Assembly (NCBI RefSeq): GCF_001194135.2
Contig: NC_068982.1
Coordinates: 90,863,624 to 90,924,883 of the forward strand
DNA: 61,260 nt
Source: Octopus bimaculoides
Taxonomy: Eukaryota
Direction of reading: 5' to 3'
The position numbers were made by a program, and so were the translations under genes. The first letter of the stretch is position 1. Each line of letters starts with the position of its first letter. The notes under the pieces were generated by a model. That model worked only from the letters and a program-made list of their open reading frames with translations, had not been told where the DNA came from and searched no databases. This document shows, piece by piece, positions 60,131 to 61,260 of the stretch.

Positions 60131-60289
60131 CCGAATAAGTGTCACATATTTATACATATATATATACATATATATTGTGTGTGAATGTGTTTTTGTGTGT
60201 ATATATATATATATAGAAGCCATGATAGATCGTTGACCAGTGACTATTCATTTTTTTTCTCCGTGTTTTTCTCCTTGTTTTCTCCGTAT

Positions 60290-60326
60290 TCTTTCTGTTG
60301 AAGAGCGTAGCTCGAAACGTTAAAGA
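60290..60326 (+). ncRNA. Minimal hammerhead-like motif with variant core CTGTTGA
   Basis: Stem I tcttt/aaaga, stem II gagc/gctc, GAAA, palindromic stem III aacgtt; a core A is replaced by T. Confidence 0.4.
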
Positions 60327-60439
60327 CTTTCCGTATTCCTGAGCGTCATACTAATACATCCTTTTGTTGTTTACACCACCTGTCCTCGTCTGTTGTTGTT
60401 TTTTTCGTACATTCTCCCATATATATATATATATATAAA

Positions 60440-60650
60440 AGGAGGGCGAATGGCCTGGTGGCAAGCATGTTGCGAGATCGTGGTTTCAATTTCTAGCCCG
60501 AGCGTGGTGCGTTGAGGTCTTGAGCAAAACACTTAATCTCGCGTTGCTTTGCGAACATTTCGACACCTGTCGCTTGTTACACTGTGCACTTATTCAAGCA
60601 ACGTCGATTTAATAGAGGGGGGGCTAATGTATAGCTCATTCATTTGATCA
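60440..60650 (+). mobile_element. tRNA-derived SINE with CORE-like central segment
   Basis: A-box-like tggcctggtgg, B-box-like ggtttcaatttc, then tcttgagcaaaacacttaa (CORE-like). Confidence 0.55.
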
Positions 60651-61260
60651 GTGTGTATGGATGTGCCAGTATACATACATGCATTGTATTACAGAGATTG
60701 CATTCTGTTATTTCTCGGAGTTATTTGATCACTACAATAAGTAATTAGAGTATTTGGTACCTTTCCCCATTGTTTGCAAATACATACGTACATACGCGTG
60801 TGTGTGTTTGTTTACTGCGTGCTTGTATGCATATATGTATTCATACATATGTATATCCCCGTCACGAAGTCAGTTACAATTTATTCAAAGTCGTGATTTC
60901 CTAAGGCATATTTCTCTTGTTTTGAATTAGCAGCTATATTGAGGCATCACGATTTTTATGACGGTTCTCTAATGCACTAACTACTTCAAAATCACCCAAA
61001 AACCAACAACGGTGCGAAAATGAGTTATATTCACAGAACCACATCTCGGCTATACAATGACTATGTAGTGTCGAATATAATTTTCTTTTTCACGAGGTTT
61101 GAAACCGTTTATTGATAATGTTTATGTTATTACTTTTGTATTTCTTTATGTTTTTCTTTATTTCTTTCCTTTTATTTTCTGTTCTAATTCAGTTCTTAAT
61201 TTTTTTTGTGATTGTTCCTATCTTTGTACGCACGTGCGCGCGTGTATATATATATATATA

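Overview
AT-rich, microsatellite- and transposon-laden eukaryotic DNA with four N-gaps. The SINE families look like those of Octopus, so a coleoid cephalopod is inferred, not proven. No CRISPR array, rRNA or genuine tRNA gene is visible. The six-frame ORF track is almost all noise, but reading splice sites by hand gives one large + strand gene. Its 21 GT-AG exons between 24623 and 55940 join in frame into 2709 nt (902 aa plus stop, 5' end unresolved). The product is a zinc metalloprotease: prodomain (EGDI) - astacin domain (HELCHSIGFYHEH, Met-turn SLMQY) - EGF - CUB - MAM - MAM - MAM, with no C-terminal membrane anchor. Points of interest in the gene: an extra Cys inside the HExxH helix, a candidate in-frame 12-nt microexon, a 51-nt intron, an AG/GTAAGT recursive-splice-like junction, and phase-1 introns at every domain boundary. 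The flanks and introns hold decayed pogo, mariner (DD34D), maT (DD37D), Chapaev-like, Helitron, Tx1/L1, R4/Dong, Penelope and SINE elements. There are four hammerhead-ribozyme-like motifs; one (60057-60130) folds into a complete type I hammerhead.
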